A stretch of DNA of 64,000 nt from Macrostomum lignano (lineage: Eukaryota). Below are positions 34,634 to 46,975 of this stretch, one piece after another (the first letter of the stretch is position 1; every line of letters starts with the position of its first letter). The stretch is from contig NIVC01002281.1 of the NCBI GenBank assembly GCA_002269645.1, forward strand, positions 1-64,000. The letters run 5' to 3'. The notes beneath the pieces were generated by a model. That model worked only from the letters and a program-made list of their open reading frames with translations, ran no database searches and was not told the origin of the DNA. Position numbers and translations under genes: made by a program.

Positions 34634-37600
34634 AAATTAATTGATTAATTAAATAACTGGAGTACGGCTCTGGGCACTAGAGAGTTATTATGGCTAGAGT
34701 TATGGCTAGAGTTATGGCTAGAGTCATGGCTAGACTTGGGTTTATGGCACGAATTTTTCTGCTTCAATAAGATGCCATTGTTGTGGGGTTAGAGTTTTGA
34801 TTAGGGCTGCGGCTTGCCCGCTTCTAAAAGGCGTCAAGGAGCAGGCAACTACTTGCCACCTACCTGTCTTTTGAAATGCCACTTTGGCGCTTGTTATCTG
34901 TAAACTTGTGTCAACTGACAAAGTCGACCCTGTTTGCCGCTGCGGTGGAATGTTGTCGGCTGAGCAATAATTTCTATAGCGAAGCTACCGACTCTTCGTG
35001 ATCTGTTTCAAAGAGCAGCGCGACTTGATCGCTCACGAGGGAATCTCCTAATTCTGCATTCCCAGTTGCTCTGCAATCACAAACTGCAGGTTTCAGCACT
35101 GCAGGTTTGGCAATGGACGGCAAAGCTGACCGGAGAGGGGAGCCGCTTCTTCTTCTGGCTTGAGCAGACTCCGGGAGCGACGATTATTGTTGTAGCGCGC
35201 CGGGCCCGGTCCGGCAATCCGGGGCATCATAAATTATCAAACAGATGGAGGTGGAACGGCCGAGAGAAGCTAGGGAGGAGAGGGAGATGCAGGAAAAGGG
35301 AACTGCTACTGAAGGTACTGCTAGAAGGGGGAGCAGCCGCTTAGATTTCCTCTGATTTGGACGGCGTTGGCTACGGGAGAGTACGGGAAATGCTCTGCGG
35401 GGTAGGCGGGACAATAAATGATTATGGATTAACAATAGAGCGGGGGGAGCAGTAGGAGGCAGACAGGAAGAGCGATCGGCAGGGGACTGGCGGAGAGGGG
35501 CGGAGAGGAGGCGCAGATGCGTGAGCTTTTGTGTGCGAGACCTGGCGAAGCAGGAGGCTGCGCAAATGACTGCGACTCACGAAGGAGAGAGCGAAGGGTT
35601 GCGGCGTGCCCTGGTTCCTGGTTGGTTGCTGGGCTTGGGAAAAAATGTCGCCGTTGAGAAAACCGGAGAGACAGAGAGAGAGAGAGAGAGGGAGGGAGAG
35701 AGGGCGATGGGTGGGAGAGGCGGGGGAGACTGCGGATTAGCCAGGGACTGCTACTGAGCCCATTACCGTATCGCAGTAGTCTGTATCGCAAGTTTTAGAT
35801 TGCTACTAGCTAACTCGCCATCAAGTATTCCACGCAAAGAGGCTTAGAGGGCAGTGCGTGAATTCTCAACACAACAGACTGAGTGAATGAGTTTCAACGG
35901 GAAAAAATTACTGTAATGAGTAGTGCTCAGGCTCCCGACCGCTTCATCGCTCAGCCTACTTTTCAGCACTTCCCAATCAATGCAGTGTATACTATAGCTA
36001 TGGGTCGATAGATGGGTTAGTTTCTTTCATGCCGGTCTCTTTTCCGGAACTAGGTTTCTTGCAGAGGGACACGGCAGTAGAGCCAGTGACACGTCAGGCC
36101 AGGGCGACTGTGAATCTGTTAGAACACCTGGCTATTAATGTGCGTTGCGCGATAGTAAAAGGACGTAATGAATCCATAAATTAAAAAAAGGCAACTCCAA
36201 TAGAACTTCAGTTGCGTTTTGAGCCTAGCAGACAGCTATAGATCGAATGCGGTGAGACAGTCAGGGTTACCTGCTCACAAATTCGCAGTGAATTTCAGCT
36301 GGGAATTTGAGTGTCTCTTCAAAACTAACAAAGCACAAAAGAGGGCGCGAATATCGAACAAGTGAAAGTAAGTGTCGGGTTCTGTATGCTCTGTATTTAT
36401 AGGAAATGAGACAGGGCAGCACAATTGGACCAAAACACTTCTGCGACACGATTTTATCTGCAATGATGGATGAAAAATAATATCATATTAAAGTTTAACA
36501 ATATTTAAGGACTGTCATGCAGGACCAACTTTAACTACCTCTCCATGACTAACTGAATTATAAAAAAGTTAAAACAAAACATTTTAGTTAAAATTTGATT
36601 AACAAACATGTGAATGGTGAAATTTTCGCTATCATAGGGTTTAGCTGGTCAGCCTGTGTGAAAATAAAGGTGTCCAATGATTCCGTGGATGACTAACAAA
36701 ATATTGCTAAAGCACAAGTATCAGAACGGAGTCAATTGTAGGTGTAGCAGTAGTAAGTAGTAGTATCTCTATAGCATTCAAATATTAAACTTTGTTGCAA
36801 AGACCAAATTTCGTGCTGAGGGTAAGTCGCGACAGCAGAGGAGCGACTGGACGAACGCTTTGATGCAGCCACCCCCCCCCCTGTCGCGACTTCACTTCTT
36901 TCGTAAAGATAAAAAATGGATGCAGAATGGAGGCTTAGAATATCAGACAGTTGTGCAGCAGGTGCAGAATACTGGTTAAACAAAATCAATAAACTCTTTG
37001 CTGTGGACTTCATTGAGAACAGCAGATAAGAGGCGTGCTCAAGTAAAATACAGTTTAGTTTAGCAGGCACAGGTCGACGCATTGAAACACAGTTAGATAT
37101 TGATCTATTTGTCATCTTTGTATCTAGAGGCTGGTTAAAATTGGCATAACTTGAACAGATTCTTACATGCTTCTTTATTCTATTTCAGAGTGGATTAATA
37201 TTGAAGAAATGCACATAACCAATGCTAAATTAAAAGAAACTGTGACTAATTTAATATTACGAATTTTTTTAAAACGCGCTCTATGCTACTTTAAGTAGAC
37301 AATTTAGAAAAAAGTTCCTATTTTCGTGCAGGGAAGGTGGGATTTTGTTTGTAAAACTGAACGCTTAATGGGTTATCAACGAATGGCGCTTGATCAGAAT
37401 TTTCAGCTGTTAGAGATCGCGGATGTCGAGGAAGAGGCTGGAGAACAGTATCAAGGACCATCCGCCGATCGTCTGCTTTGGCACGGACGCAAAAAACACT
37501 TGCAAACTTTGACAAAGAGCAATACTATTTTTTGGGATCAGAAAATTGCTGGGAAACAACAAAACTAATTAGCAGCTTGAGATCCGGGTGCATTTGAGTA

Positions 37601-38183
37601 TTCATTATCTGGACATGGGCCGGTGATTCACTTCGCGAAAAGTCGTGGATAATTGCTTTCATGCTGAATTATTAGTTTGAATTTCCTCTGCATTTGTTTA
37701 TCTGAGTCAGATAAACCAAATTTCAGTACGGTGTATTCCTTGTTGGCTTGGAATTATAAAGTGGCTTCTTTCTTCTAGGGTTGGGGTTGGGGTTGCATTT
37801 TAGGGTTATGGTTAGGGTATGACCAAGGATGACATGTACTACCTATTTAGCACATATCTAGGTAACTATATATCACCCTCGGGTTAGACATTTGGGGAGG
37901 GGGGGAGGCAATATGACTCTACGCGATACGAATGCGGCTCAGTGTGTGAAATGTGCAAACTTAACTCTTATTACACATAAATATAAATGTATGTACACAT
38001 TTGGTCGGCGAACGAGACAATATAACAGTTGTAAATATATTATCAGCATTATTTTTAAATAAAACAAGATGCACGCAAGAAGAATAAACAATTTAGAAAA
38101 CAATACTATGAAACACAAAAACTGAAAAAAGAAGAACGCACAAAGCATTACTGCTAAGCCAATCTGGGTCTGAGAGGGCACCG

Positions 38184-41100
38184 CTATACTATACTGGAGC
38201 CTCTGTTCACAGACTCTAACAGCCTGTTAATATCTTCCTCGGTCCCTGTGATCTTCGCTTGTCTGTAGTTTTTCCACAAAGTGGACGCCACGTCCAGTGC
38301 GATCAGGTCGCTGGCCAGGTTCGACACGACCTGCAGGATGAAGACGCCATCAGCGCCCAAGTTGATGTTCACGAACCTGTTGCAGTCGCGCTCCTCAGTG
38401 TTGGACAGAATCCGCATCGCCTTCAGGTACTGCTTGATGAAGGCCACTCGCCTATATGGTATCAGCGTTTTGAATACCCACAAGAGCGTGCTGGCAAAGG
38501 TCAGAACACCCAGGATGATGAACCAGAACCACAGGAACACGTACACCTTCTCAACAAAGTGGTTGATCGGCAGCACGCATTGCAGGTCGAATCTGGAAAA
38601 AAATTGTTTTCAAATGAGTTTTGGGCAGGAGGGCTTTTGGTGGCATCCTCTCACAATGTCTTGGCGCGAGAGTCAGACTCTTGCCTAGCTTCACATGTAC
38701 TACTTAAGTGCTATTGAATGAGCATTGCAACCGAAATTGGATAAAAAAAATTGCAAACGAGAATCTCTAAATGTATTTTACGGGAGTTTTCAACAACGGG
38801 AGTTGGCAAAAGATTTCCCAACTGATGACGCAAATGAGAAACACCTGCTAAATAAATGCTTCGGGGCAGGCGACAGTGACTTAAAATGAAGAACAGCGAA
38901 TTTAGAAACTATCTTTTTCCAGATGCTGGTCGAAATTTGGATTGCGTCAAATCTGATGCACTTTTAGCTGACTGCACTGCGCATCCACCGGCAGCAGCCC
39001 CCCCCCCGCACCGCCCGCGGGGCTTAAATGCTTGGAACATCCTAAAAGTTTTGTGGCTGGGGGCAACCGCCGCCTCGCTCTACCTACTACCCCTGGAAGG
39101 AAATGGGCCGAGAGTCGTGTTGTTCGAAGCGTCATAAATTTATCCAGACGGCTGGCTGTTTTTGGGTTGGGGGATCTCTGCAGTTATCCAATTGTCCATT
39201 ATCGGGGGGGGGGCTGCGGCAATTTCAGTTTGCAATGAAATGCCGCAGTCGTTTCCTATCAACACAAAACTGTCCAGTTTGTTGGCGAACTGAAGACCAA
39301 AGATTAAACAGTAATTATACGAGCCCGAATTCCGGATCCTGACAAAATGCGCCCAGTGCGGTGCAGCGGCCTGCACCAGATGATACCCTCCATCCAGCAG
39401 CAACGGCCGGGAGACGAACTTCCGGGAGACGGCCCATTTTGTTGGCAGCTGGGCCAAACTGAATGAGCTGGGCTTCATCTAACCTCTGAGCAATTTTTAT
39501 CCTTTTGTATGCTTTTACTCGTCCGTGCGGTCCGCTTGTTGAGATGAGAACTAGATTTTATACCCAACGATGATCTATACTCCTGGGTTTCAATGATCTA
39601 TACTCGTAGGTTTCAATGATCTATACTCATGGGTTTCATGATCTATACTCGTAGGTTTCAATGATCTATACTCGTAGGTTTCAATGATCTATACTCATGG
39701 GTTTCAATGATCTATACTCATGGGTTTCAATGATCTATACTCCTGGGTTTATATGATCTATACTCGTAGGTTTCAATGATCTATACTCGTAGGTTTCAAT
39801 GATCTATACTCGTAGGTTTCAATGATCTATACTCGTAGGTTTCAATGATCTATACTCGTAGGTTTCAATGATCTATACTCATGGGTTTCAATGATCTATA
39901 CTCGTAGGTTTCAATGATCTATACTCGTAGGTTTCAATGATCTATACTCATGGGTTTCAATGATCTATACTCGTAGGTTTCAATGATCTATACTCGTAGG
40001 TTTCAATGATCTATACTCGTAGGTTTCAATGATCTATACTCGTAGGTTTCAATGATCTATACTCGTAGGTTTCAATGATCTATACTCGAGGGTTTCAATG
40101 ATCTATACTCATGGGTTTCAATGATCTACTCAAGGTTTCAATGATCTACTCAAGGTTTCTAATGATCTATACCACGGGTTTTATGAAGCGCTGACCGAAC
40201 GCAATGCATCAATGGTTGAGAAGAAATCCGAGCGAGCGCACCAGCAGAAGAAGAGAAATGCAGCGAGCGAGAGTTGAAAAGGCGGCAGGATTTTGCGATC
40301 AGGCCGTGCACAGTTGTGAGAAGCAGCGAATTGAAAGTTGCGCGCAGGCAAGCAAACAAGAAGGCGAGACGGCCTTTGTTCGCTGCATCCGTTTTCCACA
40401 TTGGAAATGGAGACTCGAGAGAAGCGAGCGAGCGCTACACGGCCGTCCCTATAATCCCAGCACGCTTGAGCTGTCTGGGCGATAAAAGCACCTGCAGGAA
40501 GCCCCCCTTGGTGCTGAGGAGGTTAGACTGACTGCTGCGGGGTGACGTCCCTGCCATGAGGGATTCTCAGAGAAGAGAAGAGGGAAATTCTACTGCGGGA
40601 AGGAGGCTGGAGAAAATTTCCCGGTTGCCTGTGCATTGCTTTAGCGGATGAAGGCTCACCTGGCCTGAGACTGGGGGGGGGGGGGAGCCAGCCCAAGGAG
40701 AAAAGATGGAGGTGCGTCAGCTATTTTTGTTTTAGCTGACTACTCTGCAAGGGTAGATGGGGCTTAGGGAGGCGGGGCTAAGACAAACTAAAGGGGAAAA
40801 ATCCCACGGGTTAAAGGGATGGCGGGCAACGAAATGAAAGGGGATTGGGAAGGCGCGCTCACGAGGGCATAAAATAGGCTTTTACGATGGATGCACTAAT
40901 TGGGAGTCGGTAATAAAAATCCCCCACCCACTTTCCATGGGCGAGCGCGGACACATTCCGGGCCGCCTAAAGCTCAGGTCAGTGGCTGCCACTCAGCTTT
41001 CGGGTGTGCTTGATGCTGCCAGAAATAGATTGAGAAGAACCTGGACAGACTCTGACCAAGCACACACCACAATCTCTCTCCTCGCCGAGTTCATCGTCAG

Positions 41101-41823
41101 TTAATCCTAATCCTAAACGAGTTAAAAAACTACTAATTAAAAGTATTCACCTTGAGTAAACTTTGAGCAACTCAAAGAGAACTTACGACTGCGACTTGAC
41201 GCCAACCTTGCGCACCACCAGGTGGCAGTAGGTGACCCGAGGAAAATGTCCTGTCTCGCGCCACTCTCTGCCCAGAGTGAGACTTTTGAGCACTTCGTAA
41301 CCAAAAAAAGTGTCGTTTGTGCCGAGAAATTGGCGCATTAGGTAGATCTGACCGATGGAGTTGCCGATGAACAGAATCCGAACGATCAGAAACAGCATTG
41401 TCAGCCGCATTGACGGGCTGAGGCAGCACAGAAATTTCTCTACGACATTCCTCATGCGACTGTATCGGCGCGAGGCCTCGGCCTGCTCTTCTAGAGCGGC
41501 AACGAGGCATTGCACGGCCTTGCGCCGCAGATCCGTGTCCGGGATAGACGCGCCGCGTGCGTTTTTAATCAGCACAGGTAGGCGTCTGGCGCCAACCCTC
41601 CAGAGCAGGTGCGGAATCCAGGTGATGATTGCTTGTCCGGCCAGTACAATGGCCACCCACTGGTAGTAGGTAATGAAGGTCATCTGCTTGAGCTGCTCAG
41701 TCTTGACAGGGATGTCCTGTTCGGGCATCAGAAAGTACGTGTTGGACACCCAGCAGTAGTTTTCGGCAAAGTCCTCCCAGGCTTTGGAGAATTCCTGAGG
41801 CACCCAGCACTGGATGGGCTTGC
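38184..41823 (-). CDS. inx: Innexin paralogue, coding exons 2 and 3 only (first coding exon not found in the window)
   Basis: Exons 41823-41187 (KPIQCWVPQEFSKAWEDFAENYCWVSNTYF, YYQWVA, FPRVTYC) and 38592-38184 (FDLQCVLPINHFVEKVYVFLWFW...GSSIV*). GT-AG, same intron positions and phases as the first innexin. Confidence 0.94.
39570..40170. repeat. 23-bp tandem array (~26 copies)
   Basis: Unit atgatctatactcgtaggtttca, in intron 2 of the second innexin. Confidence 0.96.
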
Positions 41824-42148
41824 CTGCAGTGCAGAGTGTTGTTTAGGCGACGGTATTGTTAGGATAATAGTGGCTCACGAGCTACTGGACAAGTACGGGA
41901 GATGACTATCATCTGCTAGCTTTTCAACTGGTGCCTCTGACCCACTCGCTGCTAGAACAGTCATCGAACAGTTTTTTATCTAGAGCATCTAACGGCTTGC
42001 TAAAGTAAACCATTTTTCCCTTGAAGTGTTTATTTACACCAAGTGCAGGTGTGGAAAGACCCCGATTTCACTCTGTCAGTAGACGCTGCTCTGGTGTAGG
42101 TAAATATCGTTTTTAAACTTTCAAACGCCGCTACGAGCTGAAAGCAGG

Positions 42149-42425
42149 GTGACAGAGCCAAAAGAAGACCGAAGGCAGGAGTGACGGAGCCAAAAGAAGA
42201 CCGAAGGCAGGAGTGACGGAGCCAAAAGAAGACCGAAGGCAGGAGTGACGGAGCCAAAAGAAGACCGAAGGCAGGAGTGACGGAGCCAAAAGAAGACCGA
42301 AGGCAGGAGTGACGGAGCCAAAAGAAGACCGAAGGCAGGAGTGACGGAGCCAAAAGAAGACCGAAGGCAGGAGTGACGGAGTCAAAAGAAGACCGAAGGC
42401 AGAAGTGACGGAGCCAAAAGAAGAC
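42149..42425. repeat. 32-bp tandem array (~8.5 copies)
   Basis: Unit gtgacggagccaaaagaagaccgaaggcagga. Confidence 0.95.
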
Positions 42426-44740
42426 TTGTCTTGTGTTAGTCCAGTTTCTGTACCGGTCGATTTGGCGAGAATGAAGGCGGGCCCAAGGAGAAAGAGCGAA
42501 TATTAGAAGAAAGAGCTGAGTAAATAATTGAAAAGCAAATTCTGTTGCGCATCGGAAAAGTGTCGATCCAAAGAAGGGGTCGGGGAGTGGGGGGGCGGCC
42601 AGAGACCAGAAATATTAAGCGCCGGACAAGAGAGCTGCTAGGATGAAGGGGAGAGGCTGAGGCTTGGCGTGAGTGTAGACTATAGTATTGATCCAGGCTG
42701 CAGGTCCAGGGTGGCCACATTGAGCAGAGCGTCAATAGCGCTGCACATTGAGGAGGGGATTATTGGATAAGTATAGTAGTTGGCAAAGTCATATATCCCA
42801 AGTCCTGAAGCTTTGCCATCCGTGATGCATGAGCTGGGTAAGGGAGTAGCATAGGTAAAAGCACTATCACACGTATATCCTGTTTAATTAGGGATTTATA
42901 ATTCTAGCTATTTCTGTATCACACACAGCAGGCTGACGTTGGCTAAAAATAGAATCTATGAATATAGCTATGATAATAATGATGCATCACGGAGACCAGC
43001 GCTAAGCCAACAGCCTTAATTAGTCATTTTTAATAACCTTCGTTATGGGCATATTTAATATTCAATATAGAGACTACTGAGTACGATAAAAGAATTACTG
43101 ACAGGACGAGCTTCAGGGGGGCAATATTGAATCGGCAGTGTTTGCGCAAGACCTGTGCTGGACTAACTAGCGAGCTGGCAAAGTGGAACCACAAGGATTG
43201 GAAAATATAAAACGAAGTGTAGAGGTTTGGGAGGGGAAAGTGTGCTTTGCATCCCAGCCACCCGCCGTGCGTCCGAGGAGATGAGAATCGGGAAGCTGGC
43301 AGGGAGTAAAAAACACTTTTCTCGCCCACAGGCGCAGGGGGGGGGCAAATACGGTTAGTGGAGCGAATTCCAACATCGATTTGGCTCAGCAAGCCGGGGG
43401 GGCTCTCCTGCACCGGACTGCCGCACAACATGCTTCATTTCGAGAGTGGGCGATGGGATCCCTTCCTTTCCCCTGTCGGGTCTGCCTGCCTGGCCTCATC
43501 CACTCGCGTTCCTCAAGCCAAGTTGAAATTGGCCCAAGTGACTGACAGGGGCAGAGTGGTTGCGGAAGAGGCCGAGGTCTGGGCCTGAGTCTGCTTCCAT
43601 AATCTCGGCCTCTATCTGCTGGCATCTAACACAGTTGCTAGCCGGAGTCGGAGCTCATAACTCCAGGCAACGAACGGAGGCCAAGCAGGGGATTCTAGAG
43701 CAACTATAATCCCGCCCCGCTCCCCTGCCGTATCCTTTATTCGCTTGGCTGCAGTTCCTCCTGGCCAGACTGGCAGGCACCACTAGGAATGCACTGAAGC
43801 CTCCCCTCGGGGTTCGAGAGCTTTTTAATCTTGGCTTTTTTCGGAAGATTTCAGGTACCCTTTCCAAGCGTAGCGATAGCAGGAGAGGGGGGAGGTCTGA
43901 TAAATGCCAGATACTACAATCTAAACTTTTGCGTCCCGACTGGCCCCTCTGCCCCTGGCCTCTCTCTCTGTTCGCAGCGCGCTGTCAGGTGCAACGTCTG
44001 CTGGGTTGACATTTCCAACGGAACTGAACGAAGCCACGAAAAAGGGGACGAAGCGGAAAATTGTCCCCAAAGAAGAGGAACGCTAAACGCGAAAAATGCA
44101 TTTCCATAATAGCAGATACGCCGCGTGTCCTGCGAATAGCTTTCGGGGATGGGCCTCTTCTTGCGCGCAACCGAACCCGCCGTCTTACCCGCTCTTCTGG
44201 TCAGACACATCTTAGACTGACTGTACTTTAATGGACTTATTTTCCTTGATTCCCCCCTTCTTCACATACGGCTAGCCTAGCAGGGAAGGAGACGGCGGGG
44301 CAGAATGCGTGCCGCAGAATCAGAGACGCACACAGGAAAAGGAGACTAGAGAGAGAGGGGGAGGGAGAATTCTCTTCTCTATCTCTTCTATCAGCTTCAG
44401 CTTGCCACAGTCGCTTTCGCCCCCCGCCCAACTGCCGCAGCCTCCGGTCCAGCCCCCCCCGCCCGGATACGCAGCCAGCTGGCAGCGAAAACTTCCTTCT
44501 CAAAGTATGGCTGGCACGGTGAGGGATGGAAAGGAAGCCCCAGCCTCCTGCTCCTGTCTTTCACTCCCCGAGTGGAAATTGATAGCAATAAGAGTCAAAG
44601 GCAAAAGAGAGAGAGAGAGATTGGGGGTTGGCGGACTTCTGCAGGATCAGCTGCTGCAGCAGCAGCAATGATGCTGTCTTGAAGCAGCTTTGAATTGATT
44701 GAGCCACACCCGTTCTAGCGGGCCTGTAACATTTCTTTCT

Positions 44741-44744
<4 letters not shown>

Positions 44745-44831
<87 letters not shown>
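44745..44831. repeat. (AG)n microsatellite
   Basis: Direct reading; shorter (AG)n tracts also occur at ~46160, ~35670 and ~50440. Confidence 0.97.
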
Positions 44832-44832
<1 letters not shown>

Positions 44833-46156
44833 GGGCATCAACTTTTTCCCTGCCTGCCGGCTTCGTGGATAAGCAGGAAAGGCCAGGCGCTACCTGCGAT
44901 CCCGCGCAAGAAACTTTTTCCTCCCCCCATTCTTGTGCCTTCACCTGGCCCGGGATCTGCCAGAACTGCTTTGGAGGGTTGGGCGGTCGGCCCGAGGCAG
45001 AGGACGGAGGCTCTCGAACGTACACGCGCTGGGTCGTAGCCCCCCTCCTGCCCTCAACCTTGCAGAAACCTCGAGGGCGCCGACATGCCATCCGGCGCTC
45101 TCCGCCAAGCCCCCGGCGTTCTCCCTGCTGATTTCTCCTCTTCCTTCTTGTTGTGTTCCTGTTTCCATTTCCTCGAGTCCGGACGAGCGTCCGAGTGCGT
45201 TGAATCACGCGATTGCCTTCTTTGCTCCAATAAAAGGGCACGCAGTGGCTTGAATATAAGGGGGCTAAGCTACCGCAGCGGATTCTGCTATGTATGGCAT
45301 GATCTGGGCTCTCTAATACAAATACGATTGCTGTCTGTCCAGGGTTAGGATTAGCAAATTATATGGGACAGGGGTGCTTAATGATGGGTGAGCCGAGGGA
45401 GCTGGATGAGACGCTGATGGGGATCAAGGCATTTGACGTTTCCCTCTTTAGCCTAGGCCGAGCCCTGCTGCCTTGATTCGATTCTTCGCTCGTTCCCATT
45501 TGGGGGATTTTTCAAATCTCCTTGAGCCCCAAGTTCCTCAATCACCCCTTTTCCTTGCCGACCCTCGAGTGAAAGGCTCACTCTCTCCCCTCTCCCAGCG
45601 TACAGACTCGCAGAGCTGGCCAAAGCTAAAGTTAGCTTTAATTCGAGTCGAAAATCGACACGCTGAAGAAGATTGCCGAAAGTTCGGGCGGGGGACCCCT
45701 GGCGTCTCCTAGTTTATGCTCGAGAAGCAGCCAAGGGAGAAGGAGGACCGTGTAATTTGATTAAAGCCCTGGCTGGCTGTGTTCCAGTAGAGACCAGTCA
45801 AAGCAGAACTGGGCACCGGGAGAGTGTTGTGTTGCGTAATCAAACGTCATTTCCTTTTTTCGATTTCGAATCCAGCTGGACCAGCCGAGTCTCAGGAGGG
45901 GGGCAGGGAGGATCGGAGCAACTCCGGCCCTCGATGCGGAGCGCCGAGGCAGACCTATCCAGAGCTCTACAATCCTGCAGTCTGTGCTAGTCACTCGAAT
46001 GCTAGAGATAAAAGGCTCGCTCGCAAGGCGCATCACATTTGTTTGTCCACCCTGCCGGATTCTGTACTAAAATTAGACTTGAATTTATTATTTCAGTCAG
46101 AGGCCCTCGAGGATAATGGTTTAGTCACACGCAAGGGAGCCGGGAATGGCTATAGG

Positions 46157-46200
<44 letters not shown>

Positions 46201-46620
46201 GACAGGAAATAGACAAGTGACACCCAGTGGCAGCGGAATGGGATGCGGTTTTACCTTCGGAGGGTTGTCAATGCAGCTTATCGACCTCTCAATTCCCAAC
46301 TGAGCCCGATCCTTTGCAGAGCGCTGTGTGTGTGTGGAGTGCAGTGGCGGATTTTCGCTTGGCCAGCTTTTTGTGTTTGGCCGCAAAAATATTGGGATAA
46401 AGGGGGGGGGGCGGGTTGTACGCTTGCCCGAGAGGTAGCTCACTAAAGAGAACGCGCGCACCACAGAGATCCCGATTCAATAGCACTCTGTCCCTGTCCA
46501 GGAGAGGGCGTATGTGGGGCAGCCGTGAGTCACCGCCCGCCCACGTAAACTGCAGTAATCGGTGTTTTCGACCGGTCATGCTTCGACTATTGAGCTGGTC
46601 GATAGGATCTGATGCAATGC

Positions 46621-46975
46621 CTAGGGACATGCTGACAGATTCCTATCGGTAACCTAGGGACAAGCTGACAGATTCCTATCGGTAACCTAGGGACAAGCTG
46701 ACAGATTCCTATCGGTAACCTAGGGACAAGCTGACAGATTCCTATCGGTAACCTAGGGACAAGCTGACAGATTCCTATCGGTAACCTAGGGACATGCTGA
46801 CAGATTCCTATCGGTAACCTAGGGACAAGCTGACAGATTCCTATCGGTAACCTAGGGACAAGCTGACAGATTCCTATCGGTAACCTAGGGACATGCTGAC
46901 AGATTCCTATCGGTAACTTAGGGACAAGCTGACAGATTCCTATCGGTAACTTAGGGACAAGCTGGCAGATTCAAA
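46621..46975. repeat. 33-bp tandem array (~10 copies)
   Basis: Unit cctagggacaagctgacagattcctatcggtaa. Confidence 0.95.

Noticed and set aside
37799-37820. Telomeric TTAGGG-like motifs (also the AGGCTA run at ~59470-59650)
   Set aside because: Only 2-3 imperfect units, and the hexamer at 59.5 kb is not a known telomere repeat.
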